Assembly: GCA_934098485.1 (NCBI GenBank)
Contig: CAKOOH010000005.1
Span: 11,617 to 75,616 of the forward strand
Direction: 5' to 3'
Length of the DNA stretch: 64,000 nt
Source: an uncultured Bacilli bacterium
GTDB lineage: Bacteria; Bacillota_I; Bacilli_A; RF39; UBA660
This document shows, piece after piece, positions 1 through 8,304 of the stretch. The stretch's first letter is position 1, and each line of letters begins with the position of its first letter. A model generated the notes under the pieces. It was given only the letters and a program-made list of their open reading frames with translations, was not told the origin of the DNA and made no database searches. The translations under genes and the position numbers were made by a program.

Positions 1-2437
1 TGGCTTAACTGGTTTTGATACTGATCTAAGAGCTCTTAAAAATATTTTAAACGCTAAAGCCTTTGATAAAAGTGCTGAAGCAAATATTGAAAGACGCAAA
101 AAAGAAGCTGCTGATTTAAAAGCAACTATTGCTGAAGAATATCGTAAAATAAAAGATTTAGGAACTGATCCTAGCAATATTGAAGAAATTAAATCTCGCA
201 CCATTAAATTTAACGAACTAACAAAAGGGTATCATAATGCTCAAAATGTTCTAGACAAGTTAATCAAACAAAGCGAAAGAACTAGTTTATTATCTTTTGA
301 TGATATAACGCGTGCTCAAAATTTAAGTAACCAAATATATGATTCTTTAAATTTTGCTAAAGTTTATGGATTTAGCAGTCCTGAAGTAACGGCCTTAAAT
401 AGTAGTTTTGAAGAGTTAAATAACGATTTTTCTTCCTATCGAGAGTTGATAATAAATGCCTCAAATTTAGAAAAAGAAGTAAAGAAAAGGGAAAATGAAT
501 TAAATAAATTATTTGCTTCCTTAAGTGTAAATGGCGCTGGGGAAATAGATTTAAGTAATGTAAATAAAGTAGCAAGTAACCCTGAACCTAGTAAAACTGA
601 AGCACCAGCCTCAGAACCAATAACAATTAATCCTGCTGAAAGTCTAAACGAAGAAGAAATCGAAGAAAAGAAAGTTATATTTATTGGTTTTAATAATTCT
701 ATTGAAAAAATAGATCGCTTCAAAAGTCTTGAAATAGGTGAGACTTATACTATTAAAGAAGAAACCAAAGACCTATATACTTTTAATGAGGTAATTGGTT
801 ACTATCCTAAATCATCATTTATGACGGAAGAAGAATTTAAAAACATGTATGCTCCTGGTAAAACCGTTTATTTATATGTACCACAAGAAAATGTTGATTT
901 AATAGATGATGAATTAGAATTAAATACACCTTATACTATCAAAAGTGTAGATAATGATAAAATAACCTTTAATGAAATCAGCGGAACTTATCCATTAATG
1001 ACTTTTGTTATTCCAGAAACTTGGAATTGTATCGGTTATTCATTAACAGGTCTAAGAACAAACGATCCAAAATTCGAGGAAAAACTAGGGGATATTTATT
1101 ATCCAAATAAAGACTTAAACAATACAATAGAGGGAAGTCCTAAAGTTGGTGAAAAATTACTATACTTCGGCTTACTAAAAAATAGAACCATTCCTTATTA
1201 TCCTGGTTTAGCCTTTTTAGAAGAATATACAATTAAAGAAATTATTAACATAAATGGCAATAGATTCTTCCGTTTTAATGAAGTAGATGGAACATATTCT
1301 GAAGAAAGTTTTATTACTAGAGAAGAACACAATAAAATATATAATGATGGTATAAAAGCTGGAAAAACTGTTTTATACTATCCAGTTGACACGGAAAAAG
1401 CCGATCCAAACCTAAGATTAGGTGCTGAATACGTCATTAAAGAAGTTAAAGATGGAAAAATATATTTAGAAAATAGTGATAAAGAATACAGTATTCATGA
1501 TTTTTATCCTTGTGTATGGAAAGACATTGTAATTCATAATTTAACTGGGAAACAGCCTATAGAAGTGGAAAATTTTGAACCAATCCCACCACATGGAGAA
1601 CCTGATGATGACTTCTATGTGGTATATAAAGGCAATGCCCCTAAAGGTTTTGAAGATTATTACGCTATTTTAAATAAAGGTCAAAAATATAAAGTTGTTG
1701 ATGAAACTGGTATTTATTATGAAGTTGAACTTCCAAATAATGACACTTTAAAAATTTTAAAATCATATGCCTGTCCATTAAAAGAATGGCAAGAAAGAGA
1801 TAGTTTTGTCATATATAATGGTAAAATTATCAAAGATGCTGAGTGCAAAATTAAAGATTACTGCGAGCTAAATGCTGGACAATCTTATAAAATTATTGAT
1901 ACAACCGAAGATGGTAAGTATTATATTATTGAAGGTTTAGAAAATAAAAAGTTTCCTATATCTGCATTTACACCACTAGAAAAATGGGAAACTTTAAGTG
2001 AAGATGAAAAAGAGCAAATCAAAAACAGTCCTAAACCTCATAAAGTAGTTAATGAAGAAACTAAAGCTAAAGCATTTACTCTTACTTCCTTTGCACTTGC
2101 TATCGCCGGATTAATTGCCGCTGAAGCATCACCTGCTTTAATTACTGGCCTAGTATTATCAAGTGTTGCCATTGGTTCAATCGCTTGCTACATAAGCAAA
2201 CTAAGAAAAAAAGGTAAGCACATTGAACGTCAAGAAATAATCAAACCACTAGTTCAAAAAATTAAAAATGCCTATAATGGAATTAAAAATAATGTCAAAG
2301 AAAAAACAAAATTTAAAAATTCTTTAAATGATATTATTGATGATGACTTAAAAGGCGAATTAATAACTGAAGGTTTACCTGAGGAGATTATTGAAGGCGA
2401 AATCGTTGACACTAACGAACAAGTTAAACAAATGTAA
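1..2437 (+). CDS. Large repeat-containing protein, 5'-partial at the window edge. It has a coiled-coil N-region, degenerate ~60-aa internal repeats (YTIKE...TFNEV.GTYP...GKTV.LYYP) and a C-terminal TM anchor.
   Basis: The frame is open from the window start with no stop until 2437, and there is no in-frame ATG before the TTG at 446. Lys/Glu-rich heptad-like sequence is followed by visible internal repeats. A hydrophobic segment (AFTLTSFALAIAGLIAA...SVAIGSIACYI) lies near the C-terminus. Confidence 0.6.
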   Translation, partial: GLTGFDTDLRALKNILNAKAFDKSAEANIERRKKEAADLKATIAEEYRKIKDLGTDPSNIEEIKSRTIKFNELTKGYHNAQNVLDKLIKQSERTSLLSFDDITRAQNLSNQIYDSLNFAKVYGFSSPEVTALNSSFEELNNDFSSYRELIINASNLEKEVKKRENELNKLFASLSVNGAGEIDLSNVNKVASNPEPSKTEAPASEPITINPAESLNEEEIEEKKVIFIGFNNSIEKIDRFKSLEIGETYTIKEETKDLYTFNEVIGYYPKSSFMTEEEFKNMYAPGKTVYLYVPQENVDLIDDELELNTPYTIKSVDNDKITFNEISGTYPLMTFVIPETWNCIGYSLTGLRTNDPKFEEKLGDIYYPNKDLNNTIEGSPKVGEKLLYFGLLKNRTIPYYPGLAFLEEYTIKEIININGNRFFRFNEVDGTYSEESFITREEHNKIYNDGIKAGKTVLYYPVDTEKADPNLRLGAEYVIKEVKDGKIYLENSDKEYSIHDFYPCVWKDIVIHNLTGKQPIEVENFEPIPPHGEPDDDFYVVYKGNAPKGFEDYYAILNKGQKYKVVDETGIYYEVELPNNDTLKILKSYACPLKEWQERDSFVIYNGKIIKDAECKIKDYCELNAGQSYKIIDTTEDGKYYIIEGLENKKFPISAFTPLEKWETLSEDEKEQIKNSPKPHKVVNEETKAKAFTLTSFALAIAGLIAAEASPALITGLVLSSVAIGSIACYISKLRKKGKHIERQEIIKPLVQKIKNAYNGIKNNVKEKTKFKNSLNDIIDDDLKGELITEGLPEEIIEGEIVDTNEQVKQM

Positions 2438-2454
2438 GAATAGAAGGGAAGATT

Positions 2455-2850
2455 ATGAATATAAAACCAGGAAGACATAAAATTATTAAAGAAGAAATAA
2501 AAAAACAAAAAAACAAAAATGCTGCTTATAAACTAGCAGTAGCAATGGCCGTTGTTGGTATAATCACTCCTACCGGAATAATTATTAAACTCGGTATGGT
2601 CGCTCTTCTATCTTACTTACATAAATTAAGAAAATCTGGTGTTATCAAAGAGGACTATGACGATATTAAGGAGATTATGGATGATACCATTGTTTCCACT
2701 ATCCCTAAAGGATTTATTGAAAAATCCGAAGATAAAGAACTGGAAAGCACTGTTGATATGTGGAACACTGCTACATGGGAAGGATATTATAAACCAGTAG
2801 TAACCTACACAACCAAAAGGGAAGAAAGTTATGGAAGAAGGATTGCGTAA
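2455..2850 (+). CDS. Hypothetical small membrane protein
   Basis: 131-aa ORF directly downstream of the large protein. It has a hydrophobic segment (LAVAMAVVGIITPTGIIIKLGMVALL). Confidence 0.45.
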   Translation: MNIKPGRHKIIKEEIKKQKNKNAAYKLAVAMAVVGIITPTGIIIKLGMVALLSYLHKLRKSGVIKEDYDDIKEIMDDTIVSTIPKGFIEKSEDKELESTVDMWNTATWEGYYKPVVTYTTKREESYGRRIA

Positions 2851-3117
2851 ATGAAAGAATTAGAAAGAAAATATATTACATTAGATAATAATGAAAGATA
2901 CGAAATAGTAGATGAAACAACTCAAAATGGCTTGAAATATTATTTTGCTTCACTAGTAGATGAAAATGACACACCTTTAGTAAAATCTTATATCTTTGAA
3001 GAAGTTATAGAAGATAGCGAAAAATATGTTATCCCTGTTACTGATGAAGAAAGATATAATGCCTTGGCAGCAATATTCATATCAAATTTCAATAAATTAG
3101 TAGACGAAGAAGATTAA
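2851..3117 (+). CDS. Hypothetical acidic small protein
   Basis: 88-aa ORF whose start abuts the stop of the previous gene. Confidence 0.4.
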   Translation: MKELERKYITLDNNERYEIVDETTQNGLKYYFASLVDENDTPLVKSYIFEEVIEDSEKYVIPVTDEERYNALAAIFISNFNKLVDEED

Positions 3118-3179
3118 TTCTTCTTTTTTTATGTATATTTTAATTATATCTAGCCAAATTAATAACAAGGAGAGAAAAT

Positions 3180-3719
3180 ATGAAGAAAAAAATTAGTATA
3201 TTTAGTTTATTATTACTTGTTACTATGTTATTTGGTTGTACAATGGGTAATACCCCTAAAGCAAAAGTTGAAACATTATTAAATAGGTATCAAAGCAAAG
3301 ATACTTCTGTTATTGGAGAACTAGATGATTATTTAAAAACTTTAACTATCGATGATACAAATTATGATGATTATAAAAATGTATATTTAAAACAATATGA
3401 AAATATGAAATATGAAATCAAAGATGAAAAAATAGATGGCGATAATGCTACTGTTGTTACTCAAATTGATGTATATGACTACTACAAAGTAGAGCAAGAT
3501 GTAAATAATTATATCGCTGAAAACCCAAGCGAATTTGCTGATAAAGGTATTTATAATCAAGAAAAAGCCTTAAAATATAAAATTGATAAACTAAACACAG
3601 CTAAAGATAAAGTACAATATACCATTACATTTAACTTAACTAAAGTAAATGATAAATGGACCATTGATACTTTAAGTACCGAAGATTTAGAAAAGATTCA
3701 TGGCACATACGCTCATTAA
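3180..3719 (+). CDS. Lipoprotein of unknown function
   Basis: Signal peptide with a lipobox (LLLLVTMLFGC). An AAGGAGAG ribosome-binding site lies upstream. Confidence 0.7.
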   Translation: MKKKISIFSLLLLVTMLFGCTMGNTPKAKVETLLNRYQSKDTSVIGELDDYLKTLTIDDTNYDDYKNVYLKQYENMKYEIKDEKIDGDNATVVTQIDVYDYYKVEQDVNNYIAENPSEFADKGIYNQEKALKYKIDKLNTAKDKVQYTITFNLTKVNDKWTIDTLSTEDLEKIHGTYAH

Positions 3720-3800
3720 TCTTTTTTTAATTTCTAAAATTTTTACTTTAAGTATTGTCATCTCTTTGCTATAATTGTAACAGTAAGGTAGTGTGATTTT

Positions 3801-4970
3801 ATGAGTAAAAAAAATATGATAATATTAGTAAGTGTTTTAATTTTCGCAATGCTATTAAGTTTTGGCATTTATAAAAAATTAACACTTAAAAAAGATTTAA
3901 GTTCTTCAAAAGATAAAGTCATATCAGTTATAACTTTAGATATAAATCCTAGCATTAAAATAAGTTTAAATGAAGAAGAAGAAGTAATTAACTTTGAAGC
4001 TTTAAATGATGATGCTAAAGAAATTTTAGTAAACTATCAAAACAAAAAATTATCTACTGTTATGGAAGAATTTGTCTCTAAACTAAAAGAAAAAGGATAT
4101 ACTAAAGATAAATTATATATAATAGTAGGTGTAACTGGTAAATTTGATAAAGAACGTGCTACAACGTTAATAAGTGAAGATTTAACTAAAAATGGTGTTA
4201 ATTATGAACTAATAGTGCCTAAGCAAACTAAAGATGCCAAAGAGTTAGCCGAAAAATATAATATAACTGAAAGTAAAGCATCATATATTTCCAAAATTAT
4301 AACTGAGCATCCAGAAGTAAAGATTGAAGACTTAAAAGATATGAACGTAAATAATATTGTTAAAAAAGAAAATGAACTAAGTGCGCCCGTAACAACAACC
4401 ACTGCATCTCCCACAACCACCACAACGAAGGCAAAAACAACAACTACTAAAACAACTAAAGCACCAAGTAATAATTCCCAATCAAGTGGTTCTCAAAGAA
4501 AATGTGATAATGTAAATTATGCTTTAACAAATGAAGAAGCCGCAATTAAGGCTGCCTCTTTAAAAGGAGCTACTGTTATGAAAAATTATTGTAGTATTCT
4601 AATGCCAGAATCATTTGTAACTTTAGCATCAGATGGTAGTTGTGCTTATAAAGTAAGTTTTAAATATCGTACGGAAAGTTGTGTTTACTATATTAGTGTT
4701 GAAACAGGAAACATCTTAAGTAGTTCTTGTGAGCCAGCTACTCTTAATGCCGGAGAAAATCAGTGTATTATAATGGATAATCTAGGCTTAACCAAAAGAG
4801 AAATGCTATATATTTCAAATGAAAGAGACTTAGGTAGTGAATTCGTTTCTGATGTTAAAGACGTTTATGGCACCCCTAATGAAAATGGAGAAAACTTCAT
4901 CTATGAGTATCATGTTTCCAAAACAACTGGTAAAATTACTGAAAAGAAAATAATTGGTATCGTAAAGTAA
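3801..4970 (+). CDS. Membrane-anchored protein with a Thr-rich linker and a Cys-rich C-terminal domain
   Basis: N-terminal TM segment, a poly-Thr stretch (TTTTASPTTTTTKAKTTTTKTTK) and multiple Cys residues in the C-terminal 150 aa. Confidence 0.6.
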   Translation: MSKKNMIILVSVLIFAMLLSFGIYKKLTLKKDLSSSKDKVISVITLDINPSIKISLNEEEEVINFEALNDDAKEILVNYQNKKLSTVMEEFVSKLKEKGYTKDKLYIIVGVTGKFDKERATTLISEDLTKNGVNYELIVPKQTKDAKELAEKYNITESKASYISKIITEHPEVKIEDLKDMNVNNIVKKENELSAPVTTTTASPTTTTTKAKTTTTKTTKAPSNNSQSSGSQRKCDNVNYALTNEEAAIKAASLKGATVMKNYCSILMPESFVTLASDGSCAYKVSFKYRTESCVYYISVETGNILSSSCEPATLNAGENQCIIMDNLGLTKREMLYISNERDLGSEFVSDVKDVYGTPNENGENFIYEYHVSKTTGKITEKKIIGIVK

Positions 4971-5034
4971 AATTATTAAAAGGATAAATATTAATAATTT
5001 ATTATTTAATCGCATAGTTATTACTAGGTGATTT

Positions 5035-6180
5035 ATGATAAAGAAAAAAATATTATTTATCCTTTTATTTTTATTTATGCCCATAATAAATGTTAAAGGA
5101 GAAGAACTAAATTTAGCTGCCAGTGCCGGATCTGCCATTCTAATTGAATCAACAACTGGCAAAATTTTATATGAAAGAAATGCTCATGAAAAAATGGCGC
5201 CTGCCTCCATGACCAAAATTATGACTATGCTTTTAATCATGGAAGCTATAGATGAAGGTAAAATCTCCTTAGATCAAAATATTAATATCTCTGCAAATGC
5301 GGCCTCTATGGGTGGTAGTCAAGTCTTTTTAGAACCAAATACCCAGATGAAAGCAAATGAACTAATTAAATCTATCGCCATTGCTAGTGCTAATGATGCC
5401 GCCGTTGCTATGGCCGAAACTATAAGCGGAACTACTGATGCATTTGTTAAAAAAATGAATGAAAAATGTAAAGCCTTAGGTTGCGAAAATACCTCATTTG
5501 TAAATGTCCATGGCCTAGATGATCCTAATCATTATAGTACTGCTAAAGATATGTCCTTAATTGCAAGTGAATTACTAAAACATGAAGACATCTTAAAATA
5601 TACAAGTATTTATGAAGAATACTTAAAAAAGCCAGATGGATCCACTACATGGATGGTAAATACCAATAAATTAATAAGATTCTATAATGGTTTAGATGGT
5701 TTAAAAACTGGATATACTAAAAATGCTGAATACTGCTTAACAGCAACTGCAAAAAGAAATGGTATGAGATTAATAAGTGTACTTATGAAAGAACCAACTA
5801 GTCAGGTAAGAAATAGTGAAACTGTTGAATTATTAAATTATGGTTTTTCTAACTATAAAATCAAAACTATTATTGAAAAAGAAAAAAGTTTAGGAGAAGT
5901 TGAAGTTGTTGATGGCAAAAAAGAAAAAGTTATGATTAAACTAAAAGATGCCGCTACTGCCTTAGAAAAAATAAATGACGAAAAAAACTATAGTTACAAT
6001 ATCAATGTAGACAAAATAAAAGCACCAGTCAAAGTAGGGGATGTAATTGGTTATTTAGAAATAACCGAAAATGGAACTATAATTAAAAATGTCGATATAA
6101 CTGTAACTGAAAATGTTAATAAAGCAAATATCTGGGACTTATATAAAAGATATTTTAAAAAAGTATTATCAGGTAATTAA
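5035..6180 (+). CDS. dacA: D-alanyl-D-alanine carboxypeptidase (low-MW PBP, PBP5 type)
   Basis: Signal peptide followed by the SxxK (SMTKIMT), SxN (SANDAA) and KTG motifs in the canonical order. Confidence 0.85.
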   Translation: MIKKKILFILLFLFMPIINVKGEELNLAASAGSAILIESTTGKILYERNAHEKMAPASMTKIMTMLLIMEAIDEGKISLDQNINISANAASMGGSQVFLEPNTQMKANELIKSIAIASANDAAVAMAETISGTTDAFVKKMNEKCKALGCENTSFVNVHGLDDPNHYSTAKDMSLIASELLKHEDILKYTSIYEEYLKKPDGSTTWMVNTNKLIRFYNGLDGLKTGYTKNAEYCLTATAKRNGMRLISVLMKEPTSQVRNSETVELLNYGFSNYKIKTIIEKEKSLGEVEVVDGKKEKVMIKLKDAATALEKINDEKNYSYNINVDKIKAPVKVGDVIGYLEITENGTIIKNVDITVTENVNKANIWDLYKRYFKKVLSGN

Positions 6181-6190
6181 AGATTAATTA

Positions 6191-6218
6191 GAAAGTATTA
6201 ATATACTTTCTTTTTTAA
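6191..6218 (+). terminator. Rho-independent terminator after the dacA-like gene
   Basis: Hairpin AGAAAGTAT-taat-ATACTTTCT followed by a T-run. Confidence 0.5.
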
Positions 6219-6356
6219 ATCTAAATAATCTAGTAGAGATAGAAATAAAAAACTATCTCATTTTTATGGTATAATCGTATATGAACAAAGAATTAAATTA
6301 AAGAAAGAATGATATTAAATGAAAGTATTATTTATAGGAGCGGCGGTCATAAGCAA

Positions 6357-6497
6357 TGAGTGCTAGAGAAGAATTCCTTCTTTTAGACAAAGAATTTCAA
6401 AAATCAAAGAAAAAATCTAAACTTGAGACTAAAGTATATGATAAATTAAGATTAGAATTATTAAAATATGAAAGTGAAGAAAATCTTCCCCATTAAA
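6357..6497 (+). CDS. Possible small protein (46 aa, MSARESFLLLDKEFQKSKKKSKLETKVYDKLRLELLKYESEENLPH)
   Basis: Short ORF read directly from the sequence (coordinates are my own count, accurate to within a base or two). It is downstream of an extended -10 (TGGTATAAT at about 6266-6274). No homology is recognised. Confidence 0.25.
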
Positions 6498-6525
6498 TAA
6501 GAATTAATAAATAAGAGGTGTTTTA

Positions 6526-7548
6526 ATGTATACAATAATTGATTATTTAAAATTTTATAGTAATGCTTCATTGAATGAAGTTAAATGGAATAATATTGAT
6601 AATCTAATGGCATCCATTATAGTTTATTTACCAGTTCCATCATTTAAAGAAAATAAAAGCATAAAAGAATTATCTGATTATACTACAAAAAATGAAGCAG
6701 ATATTCGTGGTTTCACGGAAACAAAAGCGGTCGAAATATTAAATATTATTAAAAATAGTAAAAGATATAAAAATATTACTATTTCTAACTTTATTAATAT
6801 TAAAAATGAAGACTCACAATTTGGTGCTTGTATCATCAAAACTGATCAAGAAAAAATTATTAGTTTTAAAGGTACTGATCGCTCTTTAATTGGCTGGCTT
6901 GAAAACTTTAGACTTATGTATGAATATCCCACTTATACCCAAAATCTAGCCATTAAATATCTAAATGATAATATATCTTTTATGGATAAAGATATTTATG
7001 TAGTTGGTCACTCTAAAGGTGGTAATCTTGCAATGGCAAGTGCCATGGAACTATCTGATTCAAAATTTAATAAGATAAAAAAAGTTTGTAATTTTGATGG
7101 GCCAGGATTTAAAAAACAAGAATATGAAAGTAAGAAATTTAAAAGATTAAAATCAAAACTCTTAAATGTCATTCCGACCGGATCCATTATTGGTACTATT
7201 CTTTATAATGATAACTATAAAGTTGTTTCAAGTAATGAATATGCTTTTGATGAACATCATCCAACATCATGGAAACTATTTGGTCAATACTTCGTCGAAG
7301 GTAAATTATCAGCCATCAGTAAACAATTTCATAAAAATACATCAGATGGATTAGAAACCCTAGATAAAGAAAAACTTAAAAAGACTATTGAAACAAGTTT
7401 TAAAAGTTTTGAAAAAGAATATTCAAGTGATTTTACCTCAATTTCCTTTAATGACATTAAAAACGTTTATACAAATATGAAAAATGTCGATCCCGAAATA
7501 AGAGATTATTTATTAGTTTTAATGGAAGAATTAATAAAATATTCATAA
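6526..7548 (+). CDS. Lipase-like alpha/beta hydrolase (DUF2974/Mbeg1-like)
   Basis: Nucleophile elbow GHSKGG (VVGHSKGGNLAMASAMEL). No signal peptide. Confidence 0.6.
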   Translation: MYTIIDYLKFYSNASLNEVKWNNIDNLMASIIVYLPVPSFKENKSIKELSDYTTKNEADIRGFTETKAVEILNIIKNSKRYKNITISNFINIKNEDSQFGACIIKTDQEKIISFKGTDRSLIGWLENFRLMYEYPTYTQNLAIKYLNDNISFMDKDIYVVGHSKGGNLAMASAMELSDSKFNKIKKVCNFDGPGFKKQEYESKKFKRLKSKLLNVIPTGSIIGTILYNDNYKVVSSNEYAFDEHHPTSWKLFGQYFVEGKLSAISKQFHKNTSDGLETLDKEKLKKTIETSFKSFEKEYSSDFTSISFNDIKNVYTNMKNVDPEIRDYLLVLMEELIKYS

Positions 7549-7663
7549 CTCGTTATTCTAGGGTAGCTATAGATTTCTAACTTAAAAAAATCATAATTTA
7601 CAAAATAATATAATTGTGTTACATTATTAATGTAAATTATTTAAAGAAAGGAGTGAGATTAAT

Positions 7664-7729
7664 ATGAAAAATTTACAAGTTATAAATAATGCAGAATTAA
7701 TCGCAACTCCTAACTTATTAAACTTTTAG
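7664..7729 (+). CDS. 21-aa upstream ORF (MKNLQVINNAELIATPNLLNF), a candidate leader peptide
   Basis: Strong ribosome-binding site AAAGGAGTGAG 7 nt upstream of the ATG. The ORF overlaps segment 1 of an alternative-pairing RNA structure. Confidence 0.3.
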   Translation: MKNLQVINNAELIATPNLLNF

Positions 7730-7755
7730 GAATATTCTTTTATGATAATAAAATT

Positions 7756-7782
7756 AATTCTGTATTATGCAGAATTTTTTTG
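7756..7782 (+). terminator. Intrinsic terminator/attenuator hairpin (AATTCTG-tattatg-CAGAATT + T7)
   Basis: 7-bp stem, 7-nt loop and a U-tract. Its 5' arm can alternatively pair with AATGCAGAATTAAT inside the upstream small ORF. Confidence 0.5.
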
Positions 7783-7797
7783 TTAGGAGGATTTTAA

Positions 7798-8247
7798 AAT
7801 GATAATAAAATTAAATTTTATGATAGGGCTGCTCTAGCTATAAAAAATAAAACAAAGAAAGTAGAAATTAGAGCAAATAAAGATAATAAAGAACATGATT
7901 ATAGTAAATTAAAAGAAAATGATATTATAGAGTTTAACAGTAAGAATTTAGGAATATTTTATGTAAAAGTTAAAGAAGTAAATCATTATGAAACACTTGA
8001 GGAATTATTTACTTTAGAAGGAACAAGATATACAACTTCATCTACTAATAATAAGGAAGAAGCAATCAAAAATGTAAGTAAATTAGATGGATATGAAGAT
8101 GCTATTAAGAAAAATGGCGTATACGCTGAATATGTTTTAGTAAATGTATTTGCTTATAATGAAAAAGCGATTAGATTTTATGATAGGCATGGATATCATT
8201 CAAGAATGTATACAAATATAAAGCAAATAATGAAAGATGGATTATAA
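7798..8247 (+). CDS. ASCH-domain protein (GxKxxExR-like motif KTKKVEIR) whose ORF lacks an in-frame canonical start. It is either expressed through a -1 frameshift from the ATG at 7799 or is a pseudogene.
   Basis: Stop-to-stop ORF of 149 codons with an ASCH-like N-region (FYDRAALAIKNKTKKVEIRANKD). A strong ribosome-binding site AGGAGG and the ATG at 7799 are in the +1 frame, which terminates after 12 codons. The heptamer A_AAT_TTT at 7813-7819 bridges the two frames. Confidence 0.5.
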   Translation, partial: NDNKIKFYDRAALAIKNKTKKVEIRANKDNKEHDYSKLKENDIIEFNSKNLGIFYVKVKEVNHYETLEELFTLEGTRYTTSSTNNKEEAIKNVSKLDGYEDAIKKNGVYAEYVLVNVFAYNEKAIRFYDRHGYHSRMYTNIKQIMKDGL

Positions 8248-8304
8248 TGATTATAATTAAAGAATTAAAAAAATACTTTTTTACATATTATAATAGGAGA
8301 AGTA

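Noticed and set aside
372-723. Minus-strand ORFs 372-575 and 436-723, and other short antisense ORFs in the track (2272-2508, 4202-4423, 4830-5162, 8355-8642, 9029-9226, 11756-12040, 20960-21172, 22411-22641, 23933-24361, 25801-26169, 26974-27165, 27961-28161, 28531-28758, 29469-29861, 29892-30203, 30324-30509, 42298-42480, 44816-45199, 46979-47188, 47957-48154, 48311-48535, 49806-50126, 50475-50723, 51192-51380, 53290-53484, 56135-56410, 57092-57388, 58893-59099, 62557-62850, 7166-7354, 11258-11443, 36191-36466)
   Set aside because: They are embedded antisense or out of frame within well-supported longer genes in an AT-rich genome where such ORFs arise by chance. They lack ribosome-binding sites and recognisable motifs.
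7590-7635. Imperfect palindrome AATTTACAAAATAAT...ATTATTAATGTAAATT upstream of the leader-peptide ORF
   Set aside because: Several mismatches, and it lies in very AT-rich intergenic DNA. It could be an operator but cannot be distinguished from chance.
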